Below, in pieces: positions 38,282-47,455 of a DNA stretch of 64,000 bases. The first letter of the stretch is position 1; every line of letters begins with the position of its first letter. Where the stretch lies: the NCBI GenBank assembly GCA_043824495.1, contig JBDRSV010000005.1, positions 32,001-96,000 of the forward strand, read 5' to 3'. This stretch comes from Candidatus Aenigmatarchaeota archaeon (GTDB lineage: Archaea > Aenigmatarchaeota > Aenigmatarchaeia > QMZP01). A program made the translations under genes and the position numbers. Below the pieces are notes generated by a model. That model did no database searches. It was not told where the DNA came from and saw only the letters and a program-made list of their open reading frames with translations.

Positions 38282-39271
38282 TTACTCAGACATCTGTTTC
38301 AAGCCCGTTCTACCTTGATTGAGCCAGTATTCATTTTCTTCAGTATTATCACCTTCTCCGACTTTCTCATAATTAGCTCTTATTACATGCATTGCGTGAG
38401 CAAGTTTTATGTATGTAGGAAGAACTTCTAATTCTCTTGGTGTTAGTTCAATGGATTTTTGATATTCATCTAGAGCTGTATTGAGATTTGCTTGGCTTTT
38501 CTCTTTACTTTTTTCATCGAAAAGAATATTACAAGCCATTACAGATAGCTCTTGTATACGAGGATAATAGTTTGAGACTGCAAAATCAATGATCCAGATC
38601 TTGTTATTTTTGTCTTTCATTACATTTGTTGCAATGAAATCCCCATGAACAAAACAGTGAGGTAGCTCTTCTATATTCATGTTCTTGAATTCTTCTATTA
38701 GAGGTTCTATTGTTTGTTTATCTTCAGAAGAGAGGAAATCTCCTTTCTTTTCGTATTCTTTGAGTATGCTTGTGATAGCCCAGGAATCATATACAAATTC
38801 TGGATTGATAGTCATACTGTTTGTGAGAGCAGCTTGACGAGCTAGTTCTCTAATTTCTTCTTCTGCAGGCTTAGTTTTCAGATTGAAATAATCTTTACCA
38901 TCTATGAATCGCATGACTACAAGTCTGATTCTAGTGCTATGGACATCTGTTATGTGTAGATAGCCTTGGTCAGATTTGTATAATTTTGGGAAAGAAATAT
39001 CATTTTCTATTACTTTGAGCATGACATCAACATATCTCCGACAATCTTCATCCTTTCTGAAATTGGAGAATGTTTTGATGAAGTATTTGCCTTTTGTCGT
39101 TTCTATGATAAAGTTGAAATCTTCATATCCTAGTTCTATGAGCTTGTCTGATTTGAATTCTCCGAGATTGAAGTCCTTACAAATAGCTTTGGAAATATCA
39201 GATAGTTCTCCTTCATAACCTATTCTTGTGTAGAATTGTTTCATAATATTCTTCTTATAAAGCCACCACAT
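38282..39271 (-). CDS. APH/homoserine kinase type II-like phosphotransferase
   Basis: GYEDFNF, KYFIK, HCFVHGDFIATNVM, IIDF; true start may be MKQFY. Confidence 0.8.
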   Translation of the reverse strand: MWWLYKKNIMKQFYTRIGYEGELSDISKAICKDFNLGEFKSDKLIELGYEDFNFIIETTKGKYFIKTFSNFRKDEDCRRYVDVMLKVIENDISFPKLYKSDQGYLHITDVHSTRIRLVVMRFIDGKDYFNLKTKPAEEEIRELARQAALTNSMTINPEFVYDSWAITSILKEYEKKGDFLSSEDKQTIEPLIEEFKNMNIEELPHCFVHGDFIATNVMKDKNNKIWIIDFAVSNYYPRIQELSVMACNILFDEKSKEKSQANLNTALDEYQKSIELTPRELEVLPTYIKLAHAMHVIRANYEKVGEGDNTEENEYWLNQGRTGLKQMSE

Positions 39272-40208
39272 TGTCTGGGTTGCCTTTCAGATATGTTCTT
39301 ATATCATTTAGAGTTGTTTCTCTTAGTCTTTGTTGGGCTTCTTTTGTCATCCAGCCAAAGTGTGGCGTGAGATAAATGTTGTCTAGGGCTCCGAACTTAT
39401 CTCTTATGTCCTTTTCTTCTATTGCTTCAAACCAGGCAGTAAGTTTCTTCTCTTTACAAAGATTATATACAACATTCAGGTCAACAAGTTCTGATCTTCC
39501 TGGATCAAGTAAAACAGCACCTGGTTTCATGAGTTTTAATTTTGATTCAGTAAGAATTTTTTCTGTATCCTTGTTCAAGGAGCAGTTTAAGCTTACAACG
39601 TCACTCTCTCTTAATAAGTCGTCGAGTTTAGTATATTTCATGCCCTTTGTATCTAATTCAGGTTTTTTTGTACGAGAATAGTGCATTACATTCATCCCGA
39701 GACCCTGGGCAATCTCTGCAACTCTGGTTCCTATTCTTCCTATTCCAATAATTCCTAATGTTTTGCCTTTGAGTTCCCAGCCCATAAAATTTTCAAAACC
39801 CCAGTTACCTTGTTTGACAAAAGTCATTGCGTCGTGAGTTTGTCTTGAAATATTCAGGAGTGCTGAAATTGTTAGTTCTGCAACTGCCTCAGAAGAATAT
39901 CCAGGGACGTTTGCTAATATTATACCATTCTTTTTTAGCAGGTCTAGATTGAAGTTGGAATAATCAGTATGAGTTGTGACTACATATTTCAGCGTTCCCT
40001 GTGTGAACACACCATCTTCATAGAAATCAAGGAGTCGTGTTACTAAAGCATCTGCTCCTTTCATATGTTCTGGTTTCAGAGATCTTGTATATTCTTTTTC
40101 AGCAAAAACAATCTCTACTACATCAGCAAACTCTTTGAGTTTATTAACAAACTCTTTTTCAAGAGGTTCTACACTTAAATCATATAATATGAGTTTTTTG
40201 AATTTCAT
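39255..40208 (-). CDS. D-isomer-specific 2-hydroxyacid dehydrogenase
   Basis: NVPGYSSEAVAE, LKGKTLGIIGIGRIG, LLRESDVVSL, MKPGAVL, LTPHFGW. Confidence 0.9.
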   Translation of the reverse strand: MKFKKLILYDLSVEPLEKEFVNKLKEFADVVEIVFAEKEYTRSLKPEHMKGADALVTRLLDFYEDGVFTQGTLKYVVTTHTDYSNFNLDLLKKNGIILANVPGYSSEAVAELTISALLNISRQTHDAMTFVKQGNWGFENFMGWELKGKTLGIIGIGRIGTRVAEIAQGLGMNVMHYSRTKKPELDTKGMKYTKLDDLLRESDVVSLNCSLNKDTEKILTESKLKLMKPGAVLLDPGRSELVDLNVVYNLCKEKKLTAWFEAIEEKDIRDKFGALDNIYLTPHFGWMTKEAQQRLRETTLNDIRTYLKGNPDNVVAL

Positions 40209-40702
40209 TTTCTGAAAAACTCCTTTGTGATGTCTTTTCTGGTGTCTATGTAGTTTCCTTTGATATCACTTTCTGAAGTGACCCAGATTTTCTCTGGAGT
40301 GAATTTGAAAACTCTTCTAGGGAAAACGCCTAAAAATTCTTTGGTTGATCTTGGTTTTTTCTTTTTTCTTTGGTAGTGGAGTTTTAGAGCCTTAATAATT
40401 TCTATTATATCCTTTTTTTCTAACTGTTTTGCTTTCCCCTTCATGTAGATTCCATAACCCGTTCCTTCAGGAGCTGTTGTATCATAGATTACTGCGAAAA
40501 CTCTTCCATTTTCTATTATATTTTTTGAGTGTTGGTTCTTGTTCCAGGAAAGCCAATAGAAATTATAATTCTTATCAAAGGATGTGTAGACTGGTGAGTT
40601 CCAAGGTTCACCTTTGTTGCTTGATGTTGCAAGAGTTATGTAAATAATCTTGTCTATAACAGCTTTTGCTTGTTTTGTTAATTCTTTGATATTTTTTGTC
40701 AT
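40205..40702 (-). CDS. Pyridoxamine 5'-phosphate oxidase-like FMN-binding protein
   Basis: YITLATSSNKGEPWNSPVY...SKNQHSKNI...GIYMKGKA. Confidence 0.8.
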   Translation of the reverse strand: MTKNIKELTKQAKAVIDKIIYITLATSSNKGEPWNSPVYTSFDKNYNFYWLSWNKNQHSKNIIENGRVFAVIYDTTAPEGTGYGIYMKGKAKQLEKKDIIEIIKALKLHYQRKKKKPRSTKEFLGVFPRRVFKFTPEKIWVTSESDIKGNYIDTRKDITKEFFRK

Positions 40703-40752
40703 AATACTAAATTAAGAAAAATACTTAAAAGATTTTATGTTTCAGTGTGGGT

Positions 40753-42447
40753 CTATAAAGAATTAGTACATGCACTGTCTACACAAGTCTGATTTACTGT
40801 ACAATTAGCATCTTCTGTACACTCTGGAGGAGTTGTGTCTTCCACACAAATATTATCTATACATATTTGGCCATCTGCACAACCCGTAGCAATTGTACAC
40901 TCTACATCGGGTATATCTACACATACATTGTCTACACAAGTCTGATTTACTGTACAATTAGCATCTTCTGTGCATTCAGGAGGTTCTTGTTGTTGTGTGC
41001 ATATACCATTTGTGCACCCATATCCTTCTTCACAATCATCGTTTACTGTGCATTCATTCTCGGTTGCATTCACGTCTTTGCCTACAACTCCACTCTTTCC
41101 AATAACTGGTAGCAAATTGTATCTGTTTGTGTTTCCTCTTTTAACAACGTTTATGTCAAATACAAATTTTGTTGTTTCTCCTGCTACAATTCTGAAAGGT
41201 CTTACTATTTGTAATTTGTTGCTTGGAACCTGCACTTCAACTGTTTCACCGTCCACAACACCATCGACATCAGAAACATGGAGTTCAACTTTTGAGTATG
41301 ATCCCTCTTCTAAGTTGATGTTTAAAATTGAGATTGCTTGTTCTCCAATTACCTGAGTAAGATCAACCGATGTTCCATTCAAGTCAAATTCTTCAAAACC
41401 TTCGTTGAAAACTCTTGCTTTTGAGAAAGTAACTATAAGTGCATCAAAATCTCCTATATCAGCTTCTTTATCAGAGACGAATAGGTTGAAGTTTCCTCTT
41501 TCGGTTCCCATGCCTCTGATTATATCATCTACATTCTGTTTTACATCATCTGGGATGTTTTCTGGTATGTTGCCTAAGTTATCTGCTTGTTTCAATGTCT
41601 CAATTACCCTTTCCCTTTCTTGAGTAGAAATCTGCAATGCGTTTTGTATTGCATTCTTGGCTTGTTCTGGTATATTTTCATAACCATAAACCATGCTAAG
41701 AACTTCTGCATGTCTGGTAGTTGCCTGAGCTACAAGCTGATCAACTGTAGTTGTGTCTTTTCCAATTGTCTTTGCAATTTCTGATATTCTGTTTGTTTCT
41801 GTCAGTCTGTTGGTGTATTCATTAAGGTCGTCATCAACATCAAAATCGCCACCAACAGCTCTTATTCGAACTCTTTCTAATTTCTTGTCAGCTATTCTAA
41901 ATTGAATTTCAGCGGCTCTTTCTGGTCTTTCTCTCTCCAGGGCTGCTAAAGCTGCTGTATTCCCTGTTTCAGAAGCTTGTAAGGCTCTTTGTATTCCTGT
42001 TCTTGCCTGTTCCGGTACTTTTTCAAGAATACCCGCTAAAATATCATTATGTAATGATGTTGCAACTGCAACACGTTCTCTGACTTCTGTTGTGTCTCTT
42101 CCAGCTGCTTGGACCGTCTGAGCTATTTCATTTGCTTTCACTATGTTCTGTTCATATTCATCTACCAAATTATCTACAAATTCAGGTTTGTTTTGTTCAG
42201 CCATTGCTTTGGCTTCTGCTAATCTCATTTCTGCAGATCTTATGTGTTTTCCTGCTCTTGCTACGTCATCAAAAGTAAATGCAAAATCTACACTCTCAAA
42301 AAACCTTCCAAAACCATACATGAAAGAGTCTGGAGTATTACCAACCTCTGGTAAGCCTTCTTCAAATGCTGTTGGTAAATCTATTGCTGCTACTGATTGG
42401 ATTGATGCTAACATGACTATTGTCAAGAGAATAGCGTATACTTTCAT
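40753..42447 (-). CDS. Secreted protein: duplicated helical DUF5667-like region + DUF4382-like beta domain + Cys-rich repeats
   Basis: Signal peptide; GNTPDSFMYGFGRFFE...AEMRLAE; repeated PEQAxxxIQxAL; LFVSDKEADIGDF...VPSNKLQI...FVFDINV; ECTxDxxC repeats. Confidence 0.7.
   Translation of the reverse strand: MKVYAILLTIVMLASIQSVAAIDLPTAFEEGLPEVGNTPDSFMYGFGRFFESVDFAFTFDDVARAGKHIRSAEMRLAEAKAMAEQNKPEFVDNLVDEYEQNIVKANEIAQTVQAAGRDTTEVRERVAVATSLHNDILAGILEKVPEQARTGIQRALQASETGNTAALAALERERPERAAEIQFRIADKKLERVRIRAVGGDFDVDDDLNEYTNRLTETNRISEIAKTIGKDTTTVDQLVAQATTRHAEVLSMVYGYENIPEQAKNAIQNALQISTQERERVIETLKQADNLGNIPENIPDDVKQNVDDIIRGMGTERGNFNLFVSDKEADIGDFDALIVTFSKARVFNEGFEEFDLNGTSVDLTQVIGEQAISILNINLEEGSYSKVELHVSDVDGVVDGETVEVQVPSNKLQIVRPFRIVAGETTKFVFDINVVKRGNTNRYNLLPVIGKSGVVGKDVNATENECTVNDDCEEGYGCTNGICTQQQEPPECTEDANCTVNQTCVDNVCVDIPDVECTIATGCADGQICIDNICVEDTTPPECTEDANCTVNQTCVDSACTNSL
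40777..40971 (-). repeat. 42-bp exact intragenic direct repeat in the Cys-rich tail
   Basis: GTCTACACAAGTCTGATTTACTGTACAATTAGCATCTTCTGT at 40777-40818 and 40930-40971. Confidence 0.9.
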
Positions 42448-42479
42448 ATATAGTAATATTACTGTTATAGTATATAAGA

Positions 42480-43574
42480 CTATTTTGCAAGAGATTGTAC
42501 GCGTGCTAGGATTTCTGGTTGGATGTAGTGGTGTATTGTGACATTGTAACCTTCTTTCCAGGTTTGTTCTTTTTTGTCAAATCTTTTGTGTCCTAGATCA
42601 GCTGCTATACTTGTAAATAGTTCTCTTATTTCCTTTTTTGTGGCGGTTGTGTGTGTTGATAAGAATTGTTTCGCTTCTTTAGTTGCATAATAAGATCTTA
42701 CTATATGTGGATAGAATTCCTTTCCACAGTATTTCTTGAAAGCTTTCTTGAAGTGCTTGTCATCTAAAGGGTGACCTGTATGGCTTGTAAATACAAATGA
42801 TGATGATTCTAAAGGCTGAAGCATACTATATAGTCTTTCTATATATATCCCTGGGAATTCTCTTGTTATGTTTCTAGGAACCCCATCCTTTGCTTTATAT
42901 TTGAACGTGACTTCTTTCCCATCGATCTTGATGTCAGATTTCTTTAGTGTAGTAAGACCTTTATGACCATGAGCTTTGTAGTAAATTTCATTGCCTATTC
43001 TCATATGTGTTTTGAGTAGAGTGTACATGGGAACTGCTATGGCATCCTCTTTATCGCTTAAAGCTGCTAATACATTTTGCTCTAACTTAGAATAGTATTT
43101 ACCGAATTCTTCAACTGATTTGTATTTCTTTTTTGTGAATTCAGCTTTCTTTTCAAGGGTGTATACGTAAGAGTAAGTTCCTCCTGGGTTCCTGTATAAT
43201 ACATCCCAGTGGTCATTTGACTCTTCATCATGCACAGTGAGCTGTTCTGCGAAGAGAGAATAGGCCTTATCTAGCTTTCTACCATCAGGTAATATGTTTA
43301 TTCTAGCTCCTTGACATTTCCCTTCGGGTGATAGTTGTCCTTTTAGAAATGTTGGGTCCTTCTTATCTATTAGGAAGTCATAGCTGCTATGAAACATGAA
43401 TAGTTTTACAACTTCCATTGTTTCAGTAAATTCTCTATCTATTTTCTTCCATGTAGAAGCCGTTCTTATTACAGTATCTAAACCTCTAGCTTTAATTCTG
43501 ATTGTTCCAGCAAGAAGAGGCTTATATTTTTTTCGTTTTCTTGGTTTCTTAAATCCAGGCTTTTTCATAGCCAT
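42480..43574 (-). CDS. DNA topoisomerase IB (compact form)
   Basis: MRIGNEIYYKAHGHKGLTTL, FKYKAKDG, FYPHIVRSYYAT, IAADLGH, IHHYIQP; the R-K-R-H-Y catalytic set is present. Confidence 0.8.
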   Translation of the reverse strand: MAMKKPGFKKPRKRKKYKPLLAGTIRIKARGLDTVIRTASTWKKIDREFTETMEVVKLFMFHSSYDFLIDKKDPTFLKGQLSPEGKCQGARINILPDGRKLDKAYSLFAEQLTVHDEESNDHWDVLYRNPGGTYSYVYTLEKKAEFTKKKYKSVEEFGKYYSKLEQNVLAALSDKEDAIAVPMYTLLKTHMRIGNEIYYKAHGHKGLTTLKKSDIKIDGKEVTFKYKAKDGVPRNITREFPGIYIERLYSMLQPLESSSFVFTSHTGHPLDDKHFKKAFKKYCGKEFYPHIVRSYYATKEAKQFLSTHTTATKKEIRELFTSIAADLGHKRFDKKEQTWKEGYNVTIHHYIQPEILARVQSLAK

Positions 43575-43713
43575 AATTATAATTAGGTTTGATTATTTTA
43601 TAAGGAGATACTTCAACTAGAAGAGGTTTGTATGATTTTCGTTTTCTTGGCTTAGGTCTATTTCTCATCTTTATAATTAGTTTTCAATTGTTATATAGTG
43701 AAATTGACTATAA

Positions 43714-44088
43714 TTACTTCTTTTCTTTGAATTTGAGAGCTGCAGAGTTTATGCAATACGTTTTTCCAGTTGGTTTGTCTTTATCTCTGAATAAATGACC
43801 AAGATGACCTTTACATTTACTACATAAGATCTCAGTTCTTGGTATTATCAATTTCAAGTCTAGCTTCTTCTCTATAGCGTCTTTCTTAGCGTCCCAGAAA
43901 CTTGGTCACCCGCTACCAGAGTCATATTTCTTATCTGAACTGAAGAGTTCTGCTCCACAACCAGCACACATGTATACGCCTTTCTTTTTGTGTTCATTGT
44001 ATTTGCCTGTGAATGCTCTCTCTGTTCCTTTCTCTCTAAGAATATGATATTGTTCAGGAGTAAGCTTCTTTTTCCATTCATCTGCCAT
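43714..44088 (-). pseudogene. msrB: Methionine-R-sulfoxide reductase MsrB interrupted by one in-frame TGA (43906-43908)
   Basis: Read-through gives ...YDSGSG*PSFWD...RTEILCSKCKGHLGHLF...TYCINSAAL; the TGA sits at the Trp of the GWPSF motif. Confidence 0.85.
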
Positions 44089-44152
44089 GTGTATAATTTA
44101 TTTTCTGGTTATATAATCGCTTAGAGCTATCAGATTTATGCAACTTGGATTA

Positions 44153-44395
44153 CTAATTAGATTCTTCCCAGAAAATTACTCTTCTTTCTATGGTGTCTAT
44201 GAGATAGAAAAATGCTATTCCTGCAAGTGATATCATAACTATGCCTGCGAATAGCAAGCTAGTCTCCAGATAGTAAGAGGATGTTACTATCAAATGACCT
44301 ATTCCTGCTGAGGCTCCTGTAAATTCAGTAATAGTAGCTCCTACCACAGATAGAGTAGTTGCAGAAACAAAATACGCATCAGAAGTACGTATCAT
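44153..44395 (-). pseudogene. C-terminal fragment of a SsuC/TauC-type ABC permease
   Basis: VVGATITEFTGASAGIGHLI...LLFAGIVMISLAG...IERRV; N-terminal half and partner genes are absent. Confidence 0.6.
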
Positions 44396-44502
44396 AGTTT
44401 ATGAGATGAAGAGACAGAATAATAGCTAACGCTGTAGCTGATAAAAATAAAAAATGTTAAAATTTAATAAATACTTAAATTCATAAGAATACGCTTTTAC
44501 TC

Positions 44503-44763
44503 TTACTTATCTTCTTCGGTTTCTTCTTCAACTTCTTCAGTTTCTTCTTCAGTTGATTCTGTTTCTGCGGAACCAGCCAATGTTACGTTTACTGCTTTTG
44601 GACCTTTGTCTCCTTGCTCAACGTCAAAGTTAACTTCATCGTTTTCTCTGATTGTGACGCCTTCTTTAAGACCAGTTATGTGAACGAAATATTCTTTGTC
44701 GTCTTCGCCTGCTATAAATCCAAATCCTTTACTATCGTTGAAAAATTTTACTTTTCCTTTCAT
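44503..44763 (-). CDS. cspA: Cold-shock domain protein with acidic tail
   Basis: KGKVKFFNDSKGFGFI (RNP1), YFVH (RNP2), GDKGPKAVNV. Confidence 0.93.
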   Translation of the reverse strand: MKGKVKFFNDSKGFGFIAGEDDKEYFVHITGLKEGVTIRENDEVNFDVEQGDKGPKAVNVTLAGSAETESTEEETEEVEEETEEDK

Positions 44764-44858
44764 TTAATACCTCAAATTTTTATTATCAGAAATAATACAA
44801 AATACCTTTCCGATACTCAGTAGATGAATTCTTTCTTTATAAAGGCATAAATAGCTGT

Positions 44859-45134
44859 TTAGAGGCCAAATTCTTCAACAAAGCCCACGATGGACTGGTA
44901 TTTACGTAAGAAATCGAAGCCTTTGTCTGTGAGTGTGATGAATTTTCTTCCTTTCTTATCTGCCTCTTCTCTGATGAATTTCTTCTCTATGAGCTCTTCA
45001 TAATACTCTGCGAATCTTTGAGAAGACATATTAGAGAATCTAAGTAAAGGGGTAGGTTTTATAGAGTTATTGTGTTCCCTAATAATATCTAGAATATCAT
45101 AGATTATTTCCATTCTATTTCTTTTTTTTATCAT
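44859..45134 (-). CDS. Archaeal winged-helix regulator
   Basis: KRNRMEIIYDIL...TDKGFDFL. Confidence 0.8.
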   Translation of the reverse strand: MIKKRNRMEIIYDILDIIREHNNSIKPTPLLRFSNMSSQRFAEYYEELIEKKFIREEADKKGRKFITLTDKGFDFLRKYQSIVGFVEEFGL

Positions 45135-45798
45135 TGGAAATTAGCCTTTTCTTAACCTTCAAATAGATTGAAAGGAAGATGAGTGCAGATATGATGTAAA
45201 TTGATGCTTTAGCTTCGAATTGGATAAATCTGCTTGAAGCAAGTAAATTGATTATCCAAAAGACTAACAAAGAAGTTATTATTATTCTATTTTGTTTTGA
45301 AACATGACCTTTAGTAATGGCCTTCTTGGATGACATTAACATGACAGATCCTATAAGAATTGCTGTCTGTAATAGCACCAATATGTCTGCAGATCTTGTA
45401 GCTAGCGAGAAGACGGAGAGTATTATAGCTGCTATGTGCATGAAACTGCTCAGGTTATGCCTGCTGATGTCTATCTTCCTGGACATTATAGTCATAACAA
45501 CTGAGAATACAGCTAAAGTGCTAAAATAACCTACAAGTAGGAATGTCAAGTCTTGATATGATAGCAAGAATCTAAACATTGGCCCTCTCATAGGACCGTG
45601 GGAAAACACTACAAATATGAAGAGGAATCTGAATATGTATGAAATAGCAAAGTAAAGGAAAATGTTTCTGAAATGGAATATTCCGCTGTGTTTTGATAAA
45701 CTGTAGATTCTTTGTGTCTTGATATATGTAGCTAAACAAATCACTGCAATTGCAATAGAATATATTATCTCTAGTATTAACCAATCTAATGGTGTCAT
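45115..45798 (-). CDS. Multi-pass membrane protein
   Basis: About seven hydrophobic segments; overlaps the regulator start. Confidence 0.65.
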   Translation of the reverse strand: MTPLDWLILEIIYSIAIAVICLATYIKTQRIYSLSKHSGIFHFRNIFLYFAISYIFRFLFIFVVFSHGPMRGPMFRFLLSYQDLTFLLVGYFSTLAVFSVVMTIMSRKIDISRHNLSSFMHIAAIILSVFSLATRSADILVLLQTAILIGSVMLMSSKKAITKGHVSKQNRIIITSLLVFWIINLLASSRFIQFEAKASIYIISALIFLSIYLKVKKRLISNDKKKK

Positions 45799-45934
45799 GA
45801 TTCTAAGTTATCCTCTCGGTATAAAAAGAATTATGGACTTGAAATGCACATTTCTACTCCTATCACTTAAATATAGTCTTCTGTCCAATTCAAGTTTAGG
45901 TGAAAAAGACCTTAAAAATCCAGAGGTGGAGTGA

Positions 45935-46576
45935 ATGAACGTGATATATGCGATGCTTGCAATATTTGTTGTGAGCGTTGCTACAGTTTCGGGCGCATAT
46001 GCCTTGGGACCAAGCCTGTTGGGACCAGCAAATGAAGAAGTTAAAAACGCACTAGCTAACGGAGACTATAATGCCTTCGTCGCATTAATGCAAGACAGAA
46101 TTCCAGAAACAATAACAGAAGAGAGATTTAACATGCTAGCTGGCAGATTTGCTACACATGAGGCAATGATGACAGCAGTAGAAAATGAAGACTATGATGC
46201 ATGGACATCTGCAATCTCGGATGAATATCCAAGAAAGGCAACAAGCCTTACTCAGGATGACTTCCAACAAATGATTGACAGACACGCATCAATGGAAGAA
46301 ATTAGATTGGCTATAGAAAATCGAGACTATGATGCTTGGTTAGAAGCCCAATCCAATCTCCAATTCGGATCAAAGTTCACACAACTTATAACTGAAGATG
46401 AATTTGATACGTTTGTGGACATGCATAATGCCAAAATGAACGGTGATTTTGATACCGCTAAAGAGCTCGCAGAACAGCTCGATTTAGATGGTTTCAGAAA
46501 CGGCTTTAGTAAACATGGCAACCCCCATGGAAAAGTTGGTTTTATGCACGGTGAGTGTATGGGAGCGGGAGCTTAG
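45935..46576 (+). CDS. Secreted helical protein with internal repeats
   Basis: Signal peptide; repeated A(I/V)ENxDYDAW; GGAGTG SD. Confidence 0.65.
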   Translation: MNVIYAMLAIFVVSVATVSGAYALGPSLLGPANEEVKNALANGDYNAFVALMQDRIPETITEERFNMLAGRFATHEAMMTAVENEDYDAWTSAISDEYPRKATSLTQDDFQQMIDRHASMEEIRLAIENRDYDAWLEAQSNLQFGSKFTQLITEDEFDTFVDMHNAKMNGDFDTAKELAEQLDLDGFRNGFSKHGNPHGKVGFMHGECMGAGA

Positions 46577-46646
46577 TCTCCCCTCCTCATTCTTTCTTAA
46601 ACAGCTAGATGCAAACCTTTATATAATTTAATATTGTTCTAGTCTT

Positions 46647-47036
46647 ATGCCAATACATGCATATGCTTGTGGAGAAGATGAATGTAATTTTACTAGTGAT
46701 TACCTTATTCGTAATGCGGCTGATATTCCAACTGTGTGTCCTTGGTGTGAAACTGTTGGTTCTTTAGCAAGAGATTACAAGAGCGAGGGATTTGCTGCTC
46801 ATACATCTAGAAGAGCAGGTTCTGGTCACATTGTAGATTTTAAAACACGTCCAGATTTAGATGCTCCTCCATTAACTGGAGTGCTTGGTTTTCCATTGCT
46901 GGATGGTAGTATTTTATCTGCGCCAGATGGAGATTATCATGTTATAGAAGATAGTGGCGATCTTAGAATTAGACATGTTTTTGCTTCGAGAAATGGACAA
47001 GCAGAATATGTCCTCAAAAGTGTTGAGAGAAAGTGA
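46647..47036 (+). CDS. FmdB-like zinc-ribbon protein
   Basis: MPIHAYACGEDEC...CPWCE. Confidence 0.6.
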   Translation: MPIHAYACGEDECNFTSDYLIRNAADIPTVCPWCETVGSLARDYKSEGFAAHTSRRAGSGHIVDFKTRPDLDAPPLTGVLGFPLLDGSILSAPDGDYHVIEDSGDLRIRHVFASRNGQAEYVLKSVERK

Positions 47037-47085
47037 TTACTTCTTGAAAAGAAAAAAGATTTAAGCAACTGAAGCTAATTTTTAA

Positions 47086-47454
47086 TTGATGATAGAACTC
47101 TCGTTGATTATAGTTGCAATTGCAGCTCTTGTAGTTATAATTGCTGTTGTAGGAGCAGTTGAGTGGAAAAAGAAAGAGAAGCATAAAGAACCAGATTACT
47201 ACATATTCTTTTTAATGGGTTTGATATGGGTAATTATAGGAATATTTTCATTGTTCATGTATGATGATTTTGAATTTAGTCCATTATTTACTTTAGGAAT
47301 AATATTTCTAGCTGTGGGATTAGCAAACAAGAGTAAATGGAAGAAACAGAAAACACCTTTAGCTCACTCACATAAAATGCTTGCTGTGATTAGTGTGTTA
47401 ATAGTAGTGTTTGTAATTGCGCTTGCTTTCTTATTAGCAAGAGGATTTATCTAA
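47086..47454 (+). CDS. Small four-TM membrane protein
   Basis: Four hydrophobic helices. Confidence 0.6.
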   Translation: MMIELSLIIVAIAALVVIIAVVGAVEWKKKEKHKEPDYYIFFLMGLIWVIIGIFSLFMYDDFEFSPLFTLGIIFLAVGLANKSKWKKQKTPLAHSHKMLAVISVLIVVFVIALAFLLARGFI

Positions 47455-47455
47455 T

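Noticed and set aside
42480-43574. Tyrosine recombinase/integrase that could mobilise the islands
   Set aside because: RIGNE and GLTTL motifs and the Lys in KAKDG match TopIB, not the integrase HxxR/HxLRH pattern; no att sites flank it.
43906-43908. Genome-wide TGA=Trp recoding, or selenocysteine in MsrB
   Set aside because: Well-defined genes end in TGA (e.g. at 6243, 8735, 22195). The TGA is at a Trp position rather than the catalytic Cys, and no SECIS-like hairpin was seen downstream.
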